DNA from: an uncultured delta proteobacterium
GTDB lineage: Bacteria; Desulfobacterota; Binatia; UBA9968
Length of the DNA stretch: 64,000 nucleotides
Direction of reading: 5' to 3'
Assembly: GCA_963745835.1 (NCBI GenBank)
Contig: CAVUZH010000013.1
Location: forward strand, 64,001 to 128,000
The notes under the pieces were generated by a model. It was not told the origin of the DNA and did not search any database. It worked only from the letters and a program-made list of their open reading frames with translations. Position numbers and translations under genes: made by a program. The stretch's first letter is position 1, and every line of letters begins with the position of its first letter. Below are positions 10,136 to 20,843 of this stretch, in pieces.

Positions 10136-10164
10136 TTGACACTTTACGGAATTTGATCGAGAAT
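10136..10164 (+). promoter_or_regulatory. Putative sigma-70 promoter of the MFS gene
   Basis: TTGACA-17 nt-GAGAAT. Confidence 0.4.
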
Positions 10165-10199
10165 GCCGCACTTGCTCGATTCTCGTTTGCCACTTGACC

Positions 10200-11447
10200 A
10201 TGTCACCACCCTCTCAGAGCACCACCGGAAGCCGACGTTTACTCGCAGCTATGAGCGCGCTGCGCCATCGCAACTATCGTCTCTACTGGTTCGGCCAGCT
10301 TTTTTCCGTGCTCGCGCAAAACATGGAAGCTGTCGCCCAGAGTTGGCTCGTGCTTGAAATCACCAACTCGCCGCTTCTCCTCGGCCTCACCGGATTAACC
10401 TTCTCGATTCCTACGATCGTGCTGACACTGCTCGGCGGGGCGGTGGCCGATCGCACGGACCGCAAGCGGATCATGATTTTCTCGCAGATCGGCTCGGTCG
10501 TGATGTTCTTGTTATTGGCGCTTCTGGTCATAACTGAACGGGTGGCGCTCTGGCACGTCATGACCTTGGCCTTCTTCTCAGGGTGCGTCAAAGCTTTCGA
10601 CCGGCCGAGCCGGATGGCTCTACTGCCGCAGATGGTGCCGAAACACGATATTCCGAACGCCGTCGCAATTGGCGGCACCATCTGGCAGTTAAACAAGCTT
10701 GTCGGCCCGGCGCTCGCCGGCATGCTGATTTATCTGATCGGCATCGGCGCGACTTATCTGTTCTGCTGCGCCGCTTCAGCAACCGCCATCTTCCTTTGGT
10801 TCGGCATCCGCCTGGATAGCCAGCGGATCACAACATCTGCAGGCGGCCTCCTGCAGAACATGCTGGATGGGCTAAATTTCATTCGCAAGAGTGAAATCTA
10901 TTACACCTTCATCGGCATGACGTTTTTTAACAGCGTCTTTGGCATGTCTTATTTGATTTTGATGCCGGTATTTGCGCGCGACATTCTGTCGGTGGGCTCC
11001 GAAGGCTTCGGTTTTCTGCAGAGCGCAGGGGGCGCCGGCGCTCTTTGCGGAGTTTTACTGGTCGCCTATTTCGGCCAAGCGCGCGGCAAGGGCAAACAGG
11101 CAATCAGCGGCGCTCTAGCTTTCGGCGCGCTGCTGATTGTGTTTGCGTATTCCAATTCGTATGCGCTTTCGCTTGCAATGGCGTGCTTGCTCGGGGTGGC
11201 AAGCCAGTTCTACATGACGACCATTCACGCGATCCTGCAAGTAAACCTGCCCGATCAACTGCGCGGGCGCGTCATGGGCATTCATGGATTGGCCTGGGAG
11301 CTCATGCCTGTCGGCGGCATGATCGGCGGGGTTATCGCTGAAGTTAGTGGCGCGCCGGCGGCGGTCGCCTTTGGCGGCGTGATGGTTGCCGGGATGGCAC
11401 TGGCAGTGGCGATATTCCTGCCGAGCATCCGGCGGTTGGAACAGTAA
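10200..11447 (+). CDS. MFS transporter (DHA3/EntS-like)
   Basis: ALRHRNYRLYW start, GGAVADRTDRKR motif A, about 12 hydrophobic segments, LRGRVMG. Confidence 0.9.
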   Translation: MSPPSQSTTGSRRLLAAMSALRHRNYRLYWFGQLFSVLAQNMEAVAQSWLVLEITNSPLLLGLTGLTFSIPTIVLTLLGGAVADRTDRKRIMIFSQIGSVVMFLLLALLVITERVALWHVMTLAFFSGCVKAFDRPSRMALLPQMVPKHDIPNAVAIGGTIWQLNKLVGPALAGMLIYLIGIGATYLFCCAASATAIFLWFGIRLDSQRITTSAGGLLQNMLDGLNFIRKSEIYYTFIGMTFFNSVFGMSYLILMPVFARDILSVGSEGFGFLQSAGGAGALCGVLLVAYFGQARGKGKQAISGALAFGALLIVFAYSNSYALSLAMACLLGVASQFYMTTIHAILQVNLPDQLRGRVMGIHGLAWELMPVGGMIGGVIAEVSGAPAAVAFGGVMVAGMALAVAIFLPSIRRLEQ

Positions 11448-11479
11448 CTCCGGTGTGTTAAGCAAGCCGAACAAGTGAC

Positions 11480-12463
11480 ATGACGGAGAAGAAAGCCAAA
11501 AAGAAATCCGGCGCACCGCGTAAGCGACGTAAGCTGGCGGGAAAATCCACCGGACTGATGCCGAACGAACTTGCCGGCACAGCTCCCCCGGCTATTGAAA
11601 GTCTGCAACGCGCCGTCGAGGAAGATGGCGGCAGAGTGATCAGCAGTTATCGCGAGCCGTTTGGCGGCCAATGGTTGATCATGGCTTCGTTGCCGATCCA
11701 GCAAGTCGAACCAACGCCCTATCAACGCAATCTTTCCGATACTCACGTGCGCAAGCTCGAAACCGTCATCGCCAAGCTCGGCCGCTTCCTCGATCCGATC
11801 ATTGTCGTGCGCGGCGAACCGAACCAAGACGGAGTTCGCTATTGGACCCCCAACGGCAATCATCGTCTATCGGCGCTGCGCACTTTGGGCGCCAAGTCGG
11901 TCACTGCGATAGTAGTGCCGGAAACTTCAACCGCTTACAAAATTCTCGCCTTGAACACGGAAAAGAGTCACAACCTCCGAGAACGAGCCCTTGAAGTGAT
12001 CAAGATGTATCAAGAACTGGCGACCCTCGATGAAGCGGCCGAAGATACTTATGCGCTTGAGTTTGAAGACGCGGCGCTCATCACCTTGGGCTTGTGTTAT
12101 CTTGAACAAGGCCGCTTCAGCGGCGGCGCCTACCACCCGATTCTTCGGCGCATTGATGGTTTCATAAAGAAGCCTTTGCAAGCGGCCTGGGAAATCCGCC
12201 GTGAGCGCTCCAAAATGTTGATGGATTTGGACAAGAAGGTTTGTGAAAGAGTCGATACCCTTAAGAAGAGAGGTCTAACCAGCCCATATCTTAAGAGCTT
12301 CGTTGTCGCCCGCATCAATCCAATCCGCTTCCGGCCAAAAGACGCTGCGCCGCTCAGCTATAATGAAGTGCTGGAACGAATGATCAAAGCGGTCGATAAA
12401 TTCAACCCGGAAAAGATTAGGATGGAAGATTTGGCGAAGTCAGGCGGCGCGCCTGAGGACTAA
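11480..12463 (+). CDS. ParB/Srx N-terminal-domain protein (orphan)
   Basis: PTPYQR, FLDPIIV, PNGNHRLSA (ParB GxxRxxA-like). Lys/Arg-rich N-terminus. Confidence 0.75.
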   Translation: MTEKKAKKKSGAPRKRRKLAGKSTGLMPNELAGTAPPAIESLQRAVEEDGGRVISSYREPFGGQWLIMASLPIQQVEPTPYQRNLSDTHVRKLETVIAKLGRFLDPIIVVRGEPNQDGVRYWTPNGNHRLSALRTLGAKSVTAIVVPETSTAYKILALNTEKSHNLRERALEVIKMYQELATLDEAAEDTYALEFEDAALITLGLCYLEQGRFSGGAYHPILRRIDGFIKKPLQAAWEIRRERSKMLMDLDKKVCERVDTLKKRGLTSPYLKSFVVARINPIRFRPKDAAPLSYNEVLERMIKAVDKFNPEKIRMEDLAKSGGAPED

Positions 12464-12982
12464 TAGTGAGAGTTGCTAATGCAGGGAAATTGTTGCTTGT
12501 CCGACTTATTTCCTTGCGACTCATTCTTGACAATTCGTTGCGCAAGAGGCAGTGGCTCTCTTTGCTCGGTGGCTTGCTGTGCAGCGTAAACTGCCACAGT
12601 ACTAAAATATGGTCCCGCTTGGGAGAAATTCTGGAGAAGGATTCGGGACTGAGCTAGCGTCCGCTATTTTGCGTTAGATGGTCAGAATCGAATGAAACTC
12701 GGCGGGTAGTATAAACCACGACAAATCACCAATGTTGTTCGCAGAGCCGGAATATTCGAGATAAGTTAACAACCGTGGTCCTTGCCGGCACGCCGATGCG
12801 AGTTACCAGCGGCGAGACTATTGTCACCGCATGTACTCATGACAGTAAAGGCAGTCAACCCAACGGGCAAGCCGTTATAAGCGAAAGATCCAAATCCGGG
12901 GGAGGGGCACATGACACGCGAAGAATCGCCGGCTCCCTGCACGACAGCAGCCATCACAGTCGGAACACGAGGGGTATAAACC

Positions 12983-13729
12983 ATGCCTGAGATTGAGAAA
13001 GAATATCTTGTCGGAACCGTCAGACCCACTAACCGGCCGGAGGCCGGTCAAGAGATCGATCTCGACGAAAGAATTCCGGCAAAGATCAAATTCGTTAGCC
13101 TGACCATGAATTTCACACAGGGCACTGACGAAGAGTTCAGCACGTCGATGCCGGGCTATGAGGCGAAGTCTGCCGAGTTGGCGAAGATGGGCGCCCACTT
13201 GGTGCGCCCGAGCGGCGCGCCGCCGTTTATGCTACTTGGTTACAAAGGTGAGCGGGAAATCATTAACAGTTGGGAGAAGAAGTACCGCGTTCAGATGTTT
13301 ACTTCCGGACAGAATCATGTGCGCGCACTACGTACAATGGGGATAAAGAAATTTGTCGGAGCCAGCTACTTCCCCGAGAAGATGAACGCGATTTTCGCAC
13401 GCTACTTTACCGACGCAGGTTTCCAGGTGTTAGCTATGGAAGGAATCGATTCTCCTTTCGCTGAGGTTCCAAACGTTCCACCGGAAAACATTTTCCAATT
13501 CATGAAAGGCATCGCCGCTAAGCACATAGATGCGGACGGCATCTACATGCTCGGTTCGGCCTGGAAAACTCTTGACATTATCGATCCGTTAGAGAAGGAC
13601 CTGGGGTTACCGGTTATTCACGCCGGACCGGCACGATGTTGGGAGACGCAGCTACGACTCGGTCTGCGCTATCCCATTGAAGGATACGGAAGATTGCTGG
13701 CGGAGATGCCGGGGTTATCCGATGGATGA
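12983..13729 (+). CDS. Maleate cis-trans isomerase / arylmalonate decarboxylase-like protein
   Basis: Fold-typical segments (ALRTMGIKK, YFTDAGFQV, LEKDLGLPVI, GYGRLL). The canonical catalytic Cys motifs are absent. Confidence 0.7.
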   Translation: MPEIEKEYLVGTVRPTNRPEAGQEIDLDERIPAKIKFVSLTMNFTQGTDEEFSTSMPGYEAKSAELAKMGAHLVRPSGAPPFMLLGYKGEREIINSWEKKYRVQMFTSGQNHVRALRTMGIKKFVGASYFPEKMNAIFARYFTDAGFQVLAMEGIDSPFAEVPNVPPENIFQFMKGIAAKHIDADGIYMLGSAWKTLDIIDPLEKDLGLPVIHAGPARCWETQLRLGLRYPIEGYGRLLAEMPGLSDG

Positions 13730-13914
13730 GCAGAAAAGCCGATCTTGGAACCGTTAAATATCCACGATGCAACCTTCCCCCACGATAGACTTGGCGATAT
13801 CGCGGTAGACCTCCTCACTACGACGTCAATTTTCGTTAATGAACTAAAGCTCCCCAGACCCGCGATCACGGCCGCGGATTTATCTATCACGACTCCGATT
13901 CGGGCCTGCAGCTT

Positions 13915-14925
13915 TCATTTAGAGTGACCTAGCTCCTCGTCTATAATCTGAGCGAAAACCTCTAACGGCTGTGCGCCGGACAGCTCCCGACCATTAATGA
14001 AAAATGCCGGAGTTCCGGTTAAGCCCAAACTAGCGCCCTCGTTCATATCTTTTTGAATTGCCGCTTGATATTTGCCGCTAGCCAGACATTTATCGAAGAC
14101 CTCCTGATTTAACCCGAGGTCCTTAGCGTACAACTTCAGATCTTCTGGAGCCGCGTTAGGTGACGATGCATAAAGCTTGTCATGATACTCCCAGAACTTG
14201 CCCTCATCGTCAGCGCAGCGAGCCGCCTCCGCTGCCTGCCGGGCCTGCGGGTGGATCTGATCTAATGGCAGATCCTTGTGAACCAGTCGGACCTTACCGT
14301 CGTAACGTTTAAGCACCTCCTGAAAATTCGGCTGAACCGCTTTACAATACGGACACTGAAAGTCCTCAAACTTTACAATCGTGACTTCCGCCTTTTCGGA
14401 ACCCTTGGAGGGGGCGCCATTGACGGATAAGTCCACTCGTACGAGCTCTGGAGGCTTTAAATAAGTAGTCACCTTTCCGTTGATACGCAGCGTTTTAAAA
14501 TATTCGATTTTTCGCTCGGTGATTTTCTGCTCGTGCAAATAGTTGCGTATCTGATCGCGAACCTTCTCGAATTCGACCGGAATCCGCTCTTTGTTCTTGT
14601 CGTACAAACCCCGTATCTCCTCTTCGGAAGGCGGCTTAACTGAATTGTTGACCTCCTGCTCCAACAGAGTCGCCACAGACACGCCTCGCTTCTTCGCCTC
14701 TTGTGTTACCAGCATCGCTCCGATGTATTCGTCGAGTTTCTGCCTCTCTAACTGATATAGTTGTTGACGCAGCGATTGGAGCTGCTTCCCGCCTGACTTA
14801 TCGATGTCTATGCGAGTGACGATAGTTCCATCAATCTCTGCTAGGCGTTCCGAACCTCTGTTGGTTTGACAACTCGATGCCGCCCAAACAGATAGGCAAA
14901 GAAGAAGGATGCTAATCCTGTGCAT
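13915..14925 (-). CDS. DsbA-family thiol-disulfide oxidoreductase with SurA-like N-terminal helical domain, probable lipoprotein
   Basis: FEDFQCPYC, GLTGTPAFFING. N-terminal signal with a Cys (ASSC). Confidence 0.9.
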   Translation of the reverse strand: MHRISILLLCLSVWAASSCQTNRGSERLAEIDGTIVTRIDIDKSGGKQLQSLRQQLYQLERQKLDEYIGAMLVTQEAKKRGVSVATLLEQEVNNSVKPPSEEEIRGLYDKNKERIPVEFEKVRDQIRNYLHEQKITERKIEYFKTLRINGKVTTYLKPPELVRVDLSVNGAPSKGSEKAEVTIVKFEDFQCPYCKAVQPNFQEVLKRYDGKVRLVHKDLPLDQIHPQARQAAEAARCADDEGKFWEYHDKLYASSPNAAPEDLKLYAKDLGLNQEVFDKCLASGKYQAAIQKDMNEGASLGLTGTPAFFINGRELSGAQPLEVFAQIIDEELGHSK

Positions 14926-15022
14926 AATGAAAAAGTACGAAGTGGCGGGATGCGGAACTGAACCATGCCACGTCCCTTAGGGGACGTGAAAGCCCTGCTC
15001 AGTTGGAGACTCAGTTCACTAG

Positions 15023-16054
15023 CTAATATCCTTTGCCAGGTTCCCGTACTAGCCTATGGTTAAAGCATAGATTGCCATCGATAAACTCGTTGCCGTACTT
15101 CGGATCACAGACGACTTTAGCTGTGATAGTTTTCGGATTGCCCTGACTGGAAACTGCTGTCGGGTAGATTTTAGCCCAACTCGTTATCTTGGTCGGGTTG
15201 CTCGGGTCACAGTTCCCGCCGCCGCCAATGACGGGCACGAGCCACCACCTATTCGGATGGTCCTTCGTGAAGAAATCATCGGCTCGATTCAGTGCACTAT
15301 TTGCCTGGCCCCTATTTTGGCAAATCGGTGTGCCGATCTCGATTGGACCTAGATTTGCCCCGCCACCCGAGCATTCCTCGGCGACCTTGAACAGTGCCTT
15401 GATATCCTTGGCACCCGATGAGCAATCCAGAAAAGTCGTCCAGCAGGAGTTTTCACTATTGGTATCGTCCTTTTGATCGGGGTGTTGCATCTTTATTTCG
15501 GTAGTTTTTTCTTCCCCCACGGCGCCGCAGACGTTTGACCATAGGGCTATGGGGATCGCGGGCTTAGTTGATATCGTAGCCACGGCGCTGACGTTCACGT
15601 TCTGGGTCCCCGGTGTGCTCATTCCCAAGAGATTCATGAGCGGCGTCAAGAACATCGGCGTTGTAATGCCGTGGCCGCCCTCGCGTGCGACCCTGACGCC
15701 ATTGGCCGTGGCGATCGGCTCATTGTAACGCTCAACATTATTGGTCGTGAAGTTGTAATAAACGTAACTCACGTCGGTCGATTTGAGCGCATCGGTACCG
15801 CTCGCCACATAGTCATTCGTTGCATTAAAGGCGACGGCGCGTGCACTGACCTGATTGGGATCTCGCGACGGCAGGGCAGATACGGCGGCCAGCGCGGCGG
15901 CGTCAACAGCCGATTGTCCTTGGTTCCGAGTATAGGTTAATTGGCCTGTGTCCAAACCAAGCCCAACGATAACCATGAGAAGAACAATCATTAGCGTTAC
16001 CAGAACGATGACGGATCCGCTTTCGTTTTTTACAGGTTGCATAAACTTCTCCAA
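15023..16054 (-). CDS. TadG-like minor pilin
   Basis: ESGSVIVLV hydrophobic segment, DTG...QSAVDAAALAA, Cys-rich C-terminus. Last gene of the tad operon. Confidence 0.8.
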   Translation of the reverse strand: MEKFMQPVKNESGSVIVLVTLMIVLLMVIVGLGLDTGQLTYTRNQGQSAVDAAALAAVSALPSRDPNQVSARAVAFNATNDYVASGTDALKSTDVSYVYYNFTTNNVERYNEPIATANGVRVAREGGHGITTPMFLTPLMNLLGMSTPGTQNVNVSAVATISTKPAIPIALWSNVCGAVGEEKTTEIKMQHPDQKDDTNSENSCWTTFLDCSSGAKDIKALFKVAEECSGGGANLGPIEIGTPICQNRGQANSALNRADDFFTKDHPNRWWLVPVIGGGGNCDPSNPTKITSWAKIYPTAVSSQGNPKTITAKVVCDPKYGNEFIDGNLCFNHRLVREPGKGY

Positions 16055-16063
16055 ATCACCGCG

Positions 16064-16552
16064 CTATGAATGTGTGCCACTGGCTGTGATTGCCGTACAC
16101 AGGCCAGTATTTGTAGTTGGCTGTAGCTCGTACGACATTCTGGTCGTCCGCCTAATCGCAATCGGATCAGGAGGTGTAAATCCTAACAGCCCGATCAGGC
16201 GGTAGAAGAAAAAGTTATAAGTTCCTTGAGCTTGCACTTCAACGAATTTTGCACAGTTCGCTGCCCCCGTCGCATAATAGTTGACCGTCGCCTGCCTGAT
16301 TGCTGGCGATCCCGTCACCAGACGCTCCGGCAGGTTATCGTAAACCTGGGTTGCCAGGTTTGTAGCCTTTGCATTAGTCATGGCATCAGTAGTTGAAGCT
16401 ATTCGCGCAGCATCGCGTACCGCATTCTGAGTGATATGACCGGTAAAGATTGAGATTCCAAAATCGACAGGAACATATAAAGCAACTAAGATTAACGGGG
16501 TCATCAGCGCGATTTCGACTATGCTCTGTCCCTTGCAATTTAATAAACGCAT
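16064..16552 (-). CDS. TadE/TadF-like pseudopilin
   Basis: GQSIVEIAL prepilin site, AVRDAAR. Confidence 0.85.
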   Translation of the reverse strand: MRLLNCKGQSIVEIALMTPLILVALYVPVDFGISIFTGHITQNAVRDAARIASTTDAMTNAKATNLATQVYDNLPERLVTGSPAIRQATVNYYATGAANCAKFVEVQAQGTYNFFFYRLIGLLGFTPPDPIAIRRTTRMSYELQPTTNTGLCTAITASGTHS

Positions 16553-16572
16553 ATGACCTCGGCCAAATTAAA

Positions 16573-17112
16573 CTAGCATTGATGTTCCCAACGCATGGAG
16601 GTTTCTCGGGTAATCGATTGGGTATTTAAATCGGCCGTGACACCCATTAGATGCAACAACTGGTAGAAAAAGAAATTGTAGGTTCCCTCCACCCTAACTT
16701 GCACCAACTGGTTGCAGCTAGGTCCGGAAAGAGGATCCACAGTAATGATCGCCCCGGGAAGTAACGCACTGGAGAGTCGATTTGCAGTTTCCTTTAAAAT
16801 AGTGCCGTCTGCTAACGAAAAGCAGGCCGGCAAAGTACAATTTCCTACTTGAGTCGAGTAGCTAGGATCGGCAGCACCGATTCTCGCCCCCTCGCGAGAG
16901 GCATTTGCCGCCAGCTGGCTGCTAAAAAAAGCCAAACCGAAATCAGCGGGAATCCAGGCGATCACTAGAAGCAGGACAAAAATTAGAGTGAACTCTACAA
17001 CCGCTTGCCCCCTCATATTGGAGGTGAAGGAGAGGAGCAGCCTCCAAAACTGACAATCCGTCCGATTTGGCTTTATCGAGGATTGTCCTGGCTTTTTGTT
17101 AAGAAAGTCCAC
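16573..17112 (-). CDS. TadE-like pseudopilin (start uncertain)
   Basis: GQAVVEFTL prepilin site, ASREGAR. Confidence 0.85.
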   Translation of the reverse strand: MDFLNKKPGQSSIKPNRTDCQFWRLLLSFTSNMRGQAVVEFTLIFVLLLVIAWIPADFGLAFFSSQLAANASREGARIGAADPSYSTQVGNCTLPACFSLADGTILKETANRLSSALLPGAIITVDPLSGPSCNQLVQVRVEGTYNFFFYQLLHLMGVTADLNTQSITRETSMRWEHQC

Positions 17113-17119
17113 GCCATTT

Positions 17120-17518
17120 TTATCCTATTTCAGTTAGCCGAGTGTCCCTTAGATCATCTATCCCGGAAGTTTCCACCAGCGAAATTTCTAATTGATCGCC
17201 AACTTCAGTGTGAGATTTTTTGATCGTACCGTTTGGCAGCTCAAGCACGCTATATCCCTTCAGCTGAATGCCGCTGATTCTGTAAGGCACCATGCCGGAA
17301 GCAATTCCCAGTACGATATTACTCTTATCCAAGAAGACCACGTCGATGGGAAATTTCATCCCGATCGTGTGTATGCCCTTGCTCGGCATCAGCCACAAGG
17401 CTTCCTCAGGACCAAGAGTTGATCGCTTGAGCAGCCCTACCAAGCGCGTGACAAAGTTATCTGCTTTTCTGATCTTCGTGGCCAGCCACGTGTTCTTTGT
17501 TAAATTGATGACCGGCAC
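17120..17518 (-). CDS. DUF192 domain protein
   Basis: ADNFVTRLVGLL, IHTIGMKFPIDVVFLD, VLELP. Confidence 0.85.
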   Translation of the reverse strand: MPVINLTKNTWLATKIRKADNFVTRLVGLLKRSTLGPEEALWLMPSKGIHTIGMKFPIDVVFLDKSNIVLGIASGMVPYRISGIQLKGYSVLELPNGTIKKSHTEVGDQLEISLVETSGIDDLRDTRLTEIG

Positions 17519-17522
17519 AGAC

Positions 17523-18452
17523 TTACCCCGTAGGATCTGCTAGCGCTTTCATTATTTGCAACCCGGCAGGTCCAAGCAAAATGATAAAAATTGCCGGAAG
17601 TATAAAAAACACCAGGGGAAAGATGAGTTTGATTACCGCCTTGCGCGCAGCTTCCTCGGCAGATTGGCTGCGTTTGTCGCGCATGGTTTCGGCGTATATT
17701 CTTAAAGACCGCGCGATACTACCGCCGAGTTCTTCGGTTTGAGTCAGGAAAGTAACCAATCCACGAATTTCCTCTACCCCACACCGTTCAGCCAACCGGA
17801 TCAACGCATCTTTGCGCCGGGCACCGGCTTGCATTTCCTGTGTCGCCAGCAACAGCTCCTCACCGATGGCTAACTTCTGGCTATTTTGCTCGTTGCCAAC
17901 CCGATTTAACGCGGCGTCGACACCCATACCTGCTTCCACGCAAACTACTATTAGGTCCAAGGTATCGGGAAGTGCTTCGCGCATCGCGAGCACGCGAGAC
18001 TTAGCTTTCCGAAATACCGTAAGATAAGGCAGCATGTAGCCGAGGGCGCCGGCGGCGCCGCCTAAGAGCAGTACATCTTGCAACGACGCATTCATTGAAA
18101 ATGACAAAAGCAGTCCGGTGAGGGTCAATGCCAAGGCTAAAAAAATACGCAGTCCCCAATAGATCCGGATGGCACGAATGCCGCGATAACCTGCCTGATG
18201 CAATCGTGTGCCTGCTCTTGAAAGATTCTCCGGTATTTCCTTGCTGCCGAAGAAGAAGTCGGCTACGCGCTCCCAAAAGGTTTCATCTTCACTATCGTAC
18301 AGACGAACAGGCGCAGCCGCGGTTCTTGGGCCGGAGATGGTTTCCAGCCGCCGTTGAATCATATCCTCTGCGATTGGCGCTTTGGGTGCCAAAACCAGGT
18401 ACATGATGGCGCCGACAACTCCAAATACTGCAATTGCAATTAGTGTTTCCAT
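17523..18452 (-). CDS. tadC: Tad inner-membrane platform protein TadC
   Basis: LPDTLDLIVVCVEAG, AEEAARKAVIKLIFPL. Confidence 0.9.
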   Translation of the reverse strand: METLIAIAVFGVVGAIMYLVLAPKAPIAEDMIQRRLETISGPRTAAAPVRLYDSEDETFWERVADFFFGSKEIPENLSRAGTRLHQAGYRGIRAIRIYWGLRIFLALALTLTGLLLSFSMNASLQDVLLLGGAAGALGYMLPYLTVFRKAKSRVLAMREALPDTLDLIVVCVEAGMGVDAALNRVGNEQNSQKLAIGEELLLATQEMQAGARRKDALIRLAERCGVEEIRGLVTFLTQTEELGGSIARSLRIYAETMRDKRSQSAEEAARKAVIKLIFPLVFFILPAIFIILLGPAGLQIMKALADPTG

Positions 18453-18461
18453 AGGATCCCG

Positions 18462-19436
18462 TTAGATATGAATCTTTATGAACTTTCGAAAGACCATGAT
18501 GCCGATAACCTCGAGAACCAAGGCTGTTGCTAGCATTGCGCGACCGCCGGGATGTACCAACATTTCGTTCATCATCACTGGCTCGCGGATAAACATAAAC
18601 ACCGCTAAAAATGGCGGTATTGAACTTACCGTCCAGGCACTCATACGGTTTTGCGCCGTCAAGCTCTTGATCAATCGCTCAATGCGGAACCGATCGCGAA
18701 TGATATTTGCCAATTTGGTCAGTAGTTCTGAGAGGCTGCCGCCGATCTCACGCTGAACAAGCAACGCGGTATTGAACAGCCGAACCTCAGGGAGGGACAT
18801 ACGTTGTTCAAATTTTCTCAATGCGTCGTTAAGAGGCAATCCTAGGTTCACCTCCTCGATGAAAACAGAAAACTCAGTGCCGATTGGATCCGGCATCTCC
18901 TTAGCGACATAAACCATTGCTTGTGTTAGTCCCTGACCCGCCTGAAGACTTTGGCTAATCATCTCGAGACCATCGGGCATTTGTTCGAGAAACTTACGTA
19001 AACGTTTCCGGATCACATATTTTAAATAGACTGACGGGATTACCAACGCGATACTTGCAAATAGTAGCGCCATCCAAGTTGGCTTTCCCACGATCATTAA
19101 CATGAAGAACGTCACGAGACATGCTCCGCCGGAGCACAAGAGGAAAACACTGGGGCTCATGTCAACGTTGGCTCTTTCAAGATTCAAACCGATTTTCTGC
19201 ACGAGCGGAATATTACAAAGGAGATTATTTAGCCAAGGATTATTGCTGTAGACCGGTGCTTTGAGGAGGCTTTGAAGCTCCGATCTTGAGGCATGCGTCA
19301 TGTGACCGATGGTCGTGAGCCGGCGTTTGATCCTGGCTTGCGCAGTATCTTTGACTGCCATCGGTAGCATGAAAAGTATAACAATCAGCGACATCGCTGA
19401 TAGGAAGACGAAGATGGCAATGAGAAATAAACTCAT
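18462..19436 (-). CDS. tadB: Tad inner-membrane platform protein TadB
   Basis: [33 protein letters not shown]. Confidence 0.9.
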   Translation of the reverse strand: MSLFLIAIFVFLSAMSLIVILFMLPMAVKDTAQARIKRRLTTIGHMTHASRSELQSLLKAPVYSNNPWLNNLLCNIPLVQKIGLNLERANVDMSPSVFLLCSGGACLVTFFMLMIVGKPTWMALLFASIALVIPSVYLKYVIRKRLRKFLEQMPDGLEMISQSLQAGQGLTQAMVYVAKEMPDPIGTEFSVFIEEVNLGLPLNDALRKFEQRMSLPEVRLFNTALLVQREIGGSLSELLTKLANIIRDRFRIERLIKSLTAQNRMSAWTVSSIPPFLAVFMFIREPVMMNEMLVHPGGRAMLATALVLEVIGIMVFRKFIKIHI

Positions 19437-20833
19437 AGTGCTCTTTTCCTTGCTCCCAACGGAACCGGCATGAAATGGGTATTAGGAATTCGAAACCCAT
19501 GCCGTTCGAGCCGATCCATGAAGGAAGGCATGACTCCCGTAGCTACAAACTCCCCAATCACCTTGCCATTTTCCACACCGCGCTGGTCGAATTTGAAAAT
19601 AGTTTGTGTGGTAATGGTCGAACCTTCCATGCCCGTCACCTCGGCGAACTCGACCACTTTTCTGCTGCCATCGCTTAAACGCGTGAGCTGGACAATGACA
19701 TCAAGCGCTGATGCCACTTGCTCGCGCAGAGCGCGTTCCGGGAGATTGATGCCGGCCATAAGCATCATCGTCTCCAAACGAGACAATGCATCCCGGGCGC
19801 TGTTCGCGTGAACGGTGCTTATGGATCCGTCATGACCCGTATTCATCGCTTGCATCATATCCAAGGCTTCGCCGCCGCGGACCTCACCGATAACGATCCT
19901 ATCCGGGCGCATACGGAGTGCGTTACGGACCAGATCACGCGCGGTCACCGCGCCCTGTCCTTCAATATTCGCTGGGCGCGTTTCGAGACGCACGATATGA
20001 TCCTGCTGAAGCTTTAATTCAGCCGAATCTTCTATGGTAACTATTCGTTCGTTATCAGGAATGAAATTAGAGAGACAATTTAACAGGGTTGTTTTACCTG
20101 CGCCCGTACCTCCCGATACGAGCATGTTCAACCGTGATTTGACACAAGCCGCCGCCACCTCGGCAATTTGAGGAGGAATTGAATTAAACTGAATAAGGTC
20201 ATTCACGGTGAGACGTTCGACACCAAACCGCCGAATTGATAGGACCGGTCCGTCTAGAGCGAGCGGAGGGATGATCGCATTGACGCGCGACCCATCCGCG
20301 AGACGAGCATCGACCATCGGAGAGCTTTCGTCTACTCTTCTCCCCACCCGGGTAACAATTCTTTCGATGATCTGCATCAGATGGGAGTCGTCACGGAATC
20401 TAACGTCGGTTTTCTCCAGCTTACCGTAACGTTCAACAAAGATCTGGCTGGAAGAGTTCACGAGTATGTCGGAGATCTCTGGGTCCTTCATTAGGGTCTC
20501 TAGCGGGCCAAGACCGAAAACTTCATGTTGGACCTCCATCACCAGGCGGTCTCGATCGGCGCGACTGACGGGGATAGCCTCAGCCGCAACCATATCTTCC
20601 AATATACGGCGTATTTCGACCCTCACCCGCTCCATTTCCAAGTTTGAGAGCTTAGTTAGGTCAAGAGTATCGATCAGTTTCCGGTGGATACGAAGCCGAA
20701 GATCCTGCAAAATGGCTTCACTATTTCCAGGCTGCATCGACCTCATCGGCACGCGCAGATTATCGAAGCCCGCACCTTTATCGTTGTCCCACTTGTCTTT
20801 GTTGCTATCTGCTAAAGATGGGTTTTTCATCAT
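19433..20833 (-). CDS. cpaF: Tad assembly ATPase CpaF/TadA
   Basis: Walker [38 protein letters not shown]. Confidence 0.95.
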   Translation of the reverse strand: MMKNPSLADSNKDKWDNDKGAGFDNLRVPMRSMQPGNSEAILQDLRLRIHRKLIDTLDLTKLSNLEMERVRVEIRRILEDMVAAEAIPVSRADRDRLVMEVQHEVFGLGPLETLMKDPEISDILVNSSSQIFVERYGKLEKTDVRFRDDSHLMQIIERIVTRVGRRVDESSPMVDARLADGSRVNAIIPPLALDGPVLSIRRFGVERLTVNDLIQFNSIPPQIAEVAAACVKSRLNMLVSGGTGAGKTTLLNCLSNFIPDNERIVTIEDSAELKLQQDHIVRLETRPANIEGQGAVTARDLVRNALRMRPDRIVIGEVRGGEALDMMQAMNTGHDGSISTVHANSARDALSRLETMMLMAGINLPERALREQVASALDVIVQLTRLSDGSRKVVEFAEVTGMEGSTITTQTIFKFDQRGVENGKVIGEFVATGVMPSFMDRLERHGFRIPNTHFMPVPLGARKRAL

Positions 20834-20843
20834 TATCCTTTAA

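Noticed and set aside
12911-12979. 22-codon ORF with GGAGG RBS just upstream of the isomerase-like gene
   Set aside because: No recognisable motif or attenuator structure; cannot be distinguished from chance.
14969-14988. CACGTCCC-TTAG-GGGACGTG hairpin between tadG and dsbA
   Set aside because: Short 8-bp stem without a U-tract; not confidently a terminator.
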